The position numbers and the translations under genes were made by a program. A DNA stretch of 43,538 nucleotides, taken from a virus. Positions 41,405 to 43,538 of the stretch are shown piece by piece (within the stretch, counting starts at the first letter, position 1; each line of letters begins with the position of its first letter). The stretch covers positions 1-43,538 of the IMG/VR virus record IMGVR_UViG_3300045988_001646, one strand, 5' to 3'. The notes under the pieces were generated by a model that saw nothing but the letters and a program-made list of their open reading frames with translations, did no database searches and was not told the origin of the DNA.

Positions 41405-41436
41405 GTCCCCGCCGCCTCCGCAACGGCGGCGGGGAC
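41405..41436 (+). terminator. Strong GC hairpin after the repeat ORF
   Basis: GTCCCCGCCGCC-TCCGCAAC-GGCGGCGGGGAC (12 bp) followed only by TT. Weak U-tract. Confidence 0.5.
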
Positions 41437-41589
41437 TTGCAGCAGCCACGCCAACCATCACGCCTGTCTGCTGCGGCTTTACCGTAGCAGTTTTAAGTTG
41501 GGTCGGTCAACGCCAAAAAGGGAAAACCGCTGTTTTCTCGCAACAGAATTAGGATAATTGACCGCCAAAAAGGGGAAAAGAGGGAAAAA

Positions 41590-42186
41590 ATGGAAGATAC
41601 GTTAAAGGAATTGTGCCGCGAAGCAAGGGACCGCCAGAATATCACCATTCAGGACCTGGCAGACGAAACCGGAATTTCCATATCCACCATCGGAAACTTT
41701 TTTGCTTCCAAATCCAAAGCGCCCAACGTCTATAATGCCGGCGCCATCTGCGCCGCCCTCGGCGTGTCTCTTGATGAATACTTTGGGATAGAGCCGGTCA
41801 TAACTACAGAAGATGAATTGACGCATGCCAACGACCAATTAAAGCATCAGAAGCAGCTTCATGACGCGGACGTTCGCATAGCTCACCTTGAGGGCAGCAT
41901 GGAGCAGATGACGAAAACCATTGAATACCAGCGCAAGAAATCGCGGGACACAAAATTTGCTATTTATGGCCTTACGTTTTTGTGCGCCATGTTTATGGCT
42001 GTTATCGTGGGATATATCTTTTTTGACTACCGCGTCCCTAACCTGGGGCTTATTCAGGGCGGGCAGGCCGGTGTATTCGCATGGATCGTTTTTTTGCTGC
42101 TTGCCGCCGGCATCGGCATTTTTGCCTCCGTTTTTGTAATGTACTTGCGTTACGCAAAAAAGCACACGCCAAACCTCGACGTATAA
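41590..42186 (+). CDS. Membrane-tethered XRE HTH regulator
   Basis: 198 aa. N-terminal HTH (ITIQDLADETGISISTIGNF), a coiled coil and two C-terminal TM segments. Confidence 0.75.
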   Translation: MEDTLKELCREARDRQNITIQDLADETGISISTIGNFFASKSKAPNVYNAGAICAALGVSLDEYFGIEPVITTEDELTHANDQLKHQKQLHDADVRIAHLEGSMEQMTKTIEYQRKKSRDTKFAIYGLTFLCAMFMAVIVGYIFFDYRVPNLGLIQGGQAGVFAWIVFLLLAAGIGIFASVFVMYLRYAKKHTPNLDV

Positions 42187-42221
42187 AACATTTGTTCTAT
42201 TTTACACAGACATTGTATATG

Positions 42222-42266
42222 ACAAGTTTCTTGTTTTCAATAGACGTAATTCACAAGTTTCTTGTT
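42222..42266 (+). repeat. Two copies of the palindrome-containing 14-mer ACAAGTTTCTTGTT upstream of int
   Basis: Perfect copies at 42222-42235 and 42253-42266. Each contains ACAAG-TTT-CTTGT. Confidence 0.8.
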
Positions 42267-42287
42267 ATTCTTTTGTGAGGTATCCCT

Positions 42288-43391
42288 ATGTCCACTTGTA
42301 TAAAATGCGGCGTCGAGATTGTCCCCGGCGCCGTTTACTGTCACATCTGCGGGAAAAAGCAGGTCAAAGAAACCCGCAAATCCCTGAAGCGCCCCAACGG
42401 AGCCGGCACAGTCTATAAACTCTCCGGCCGCCGTACACGCCCCTGGGCCGCTGCCAAAAATCATGTGATCATCGGCTATTACGAACGGAAAACCGACGCG
42501 CTGGCTGCGCTGGAAAAGCTTTCCGGCAAACCGATCGAAGAAAAATTCAACATGACGTTCTCTGAGGTGTTTGCGGAATGGAAAGCAGAACACTTCCGCG
42601 AAATAGGTCCGAAGGGGATAGAAGCCTACGACATTTCCTATAAGGCCTGCGCCAGTCTCCACGGCAAGAAATTCCGCGACCTGCGTACAAAGGATTTTCA
42701 GGCGATTATCGACAGCAACATGGCCAAGTCTAACTCAACGCTGTCCAAGTACAAGCAGCTCATGACGCAGATGTCCCGCTGGGCCGTCCGTGAGGAGATC
42801 GCCACCACCGATTTTGCCAAATACGTCAAGCTCCCCCAGCAGGTCAAAAAAGAAAAAGCCATCTTTACGGATGACGAGATCGCGCTGTTGGAAAAAGACG
42901 GCTCCGATGCTGCCAAAATTGCCCTCATGCTGCTTTACACCGGTATGCGCATCGGCGAATTGTTTTCCCTGCCGCTGGTGGACTACCACGAGACGTATGT
43001 CATCGGAGGAGAAAAGACAAAAGCCGGTAGAGACCGCGTCATCCCAATACGTCCGGAGGGCAGGAAGTATTTTTCCTACTTTGCCGACCGGGCCGACGGC
43101 GATCTGCTATTGTCCGGCTACGACGGGCAGCGCATCCCCGCCAATTACCGCAAACGTGACTTTTACCCTCTGCTGGAAAAGCTCGGCATCCCAAAGCACA
43201 CGCCCCACGCCACGCGCCACACCTACGCAACATGGGCAAGAAGCGTAGGCATACAGCCGGAAATTTTGCAGAAGATCATCGGCCACGCGAGCTTCTCCAC
43301 CACCGCCAACATCTATGTCCACGCCGACGCAGAAAAACTAATATCAGAGGTGGAACGTGTTAGCAATTTGTCAGTAACCGAAAAAAACTAA
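42288..43391 (+). CDS. int: Tyrosine recombinase / phage integrase with an N-terminal Zn ribbon
   Basis: 367 aa. CIKCG...CHICG. Catalytic-domain motifs TGMRIGEL, HATRHTYATWA and IIGHASFSTTANIYVH. Confidence 0.92.
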   Translation: MSTCIKCGVEIVPGAVYCHICGKKQVKETRKSLKRPNGAGTVYKLSGRRTRPWAAAKNHVIIGYYERKTDALAALEKLSGKPIEEKFNMTFSEVFAEWKAEHFREIGPKGIEAYDISYKACASLHGKKFRDLRTKDFQAIIDSNMAKSNSTLSKYKQLMTQMSRWAVREEIATTDFAKYVKLPQQVKKEKAIFTDDEIALLEKDGSDAAKIALMLLYTGMRIGELFSLPLVDYHETYVIGGEKTKAGRDRVIPIRPEGRKYFSYFADRADGDLLLSGYDGQRIPANYRKRDFYPLLEKLGIPKHTPHATRHTYATWARSVGIQPEILQKIIGHASFSTTANIYVHADAEKLISEVERVSNLSVTEKN

Positions 43392-43405
43392 AAAAGTCTT
43401 ATGCA

Positions 43406-43432
43406 GTTTTACATTACAGTTTCATGTAAAAC
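43406..43432 (+). terminator. AT-rich hairpin after int (weak terminator candidate)
   Basis: GTTTTACAT-TACAGTTTC-ATGTAAAAC. No clear U-tract. Confidence 0.35.
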
Positions 43433-43483
43433 AATCGCCAAAAACCGCTTAAATCATCCAGAATAGTTGTAAATATTTGTGCA

Positions 43484-43538
43484 CCATAATTCACACGCAG
43501 GAGGTCACTGGTTCGAGTCCAGCAGTCTCCACCAAAAA
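43484..43538 (+). repeat. attR core (direct repeat copy 2; displaced 3' fragment of the tmRNA/tRNA-type gene)
   Basis: Identical to 1-55. It is preceded by AT-rich phage DNA, not by RNA-gene sequence. Confidence 0.9.

Larger units (their letters stand above)
1..43538. mobile_element. Integrated temperate prophage, complete from attL to attR
   Basis: 55-bp perfect direct repeat at both window ends. Tyrosine integrase lies adjacent to the right repeat. Lysogeny switch, recombination, packaging, capsid, tail-fibre and lysis modules lie in between. Confidence 0.9.

Noticed and set aside
1-43538. CRISPR array search
   Set aside because: No series of regularly spaced identical repeats with unique spacers was found. 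The only repeat systems seen are the att cores, TR/VR, the two late modules, coding tandem repeats and short operator-like repeats.

Overview
The window is one complete integrated temperate prophage of about 43.5 kb. It is bounded by a perfect 55-bp direct repeat (1-55 = 43484-43538) that carries the 3' end of a tmRNA/tRNA-type gene. A tyrosine integrase sits next to the right repeat. Almost all genes lie on the minus strand. Read in transcription order (right to left) they are: a cro-like/excisionase-like early operon (39262 down to about 28331) with ERF, NinB, SSB, DUF1064, two DNA methyltransferases and a cluster of small Zn-ribbon paralogues; then a late region with a non-canonical tRNA, TerS, TerL, portal, Prp-like protease, scaffold, major capsid, tail fibre, a complete diversity-generating retroelement (target-avd-TR-RT), holin/endolysin, further virion proteins and a 2734-aa polyvalent-type giant protein; finally a small accessory cassette next to attL. 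The plus strand carries the repressor side of the switch, several membrane proteins and the integrase. No tail tube, sheath or tape-measure genes are recognisable, so a short-tailed virion is inferred. GC content and protein families suggest a high-GC Clostridia host; this is inference only. The observations most worth a second look are: (1) the DGR, with 13 of 14 TR/VR mismatches at TR adenines; (2) a duplicated module of -35 box, 18-bp palindrome and intrinsic terminator upstream of the packaging and capsid gene blocks, with compensatory stem changes, resembling Q-type antitermination control; (3) a 517-nt ORF-free segment between the tRNA and terS with recurring CCACCAC motifs, which could be a large structured RNA or a pac region; (4) the aberrant tRNA; (5) the giant HExxH protein; (6) a candidate C-rich sRNA; (7) an A7-tract frameshift splitting a membrane protein. 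All functional calls rest on motif recognition by eye. No database search was run.
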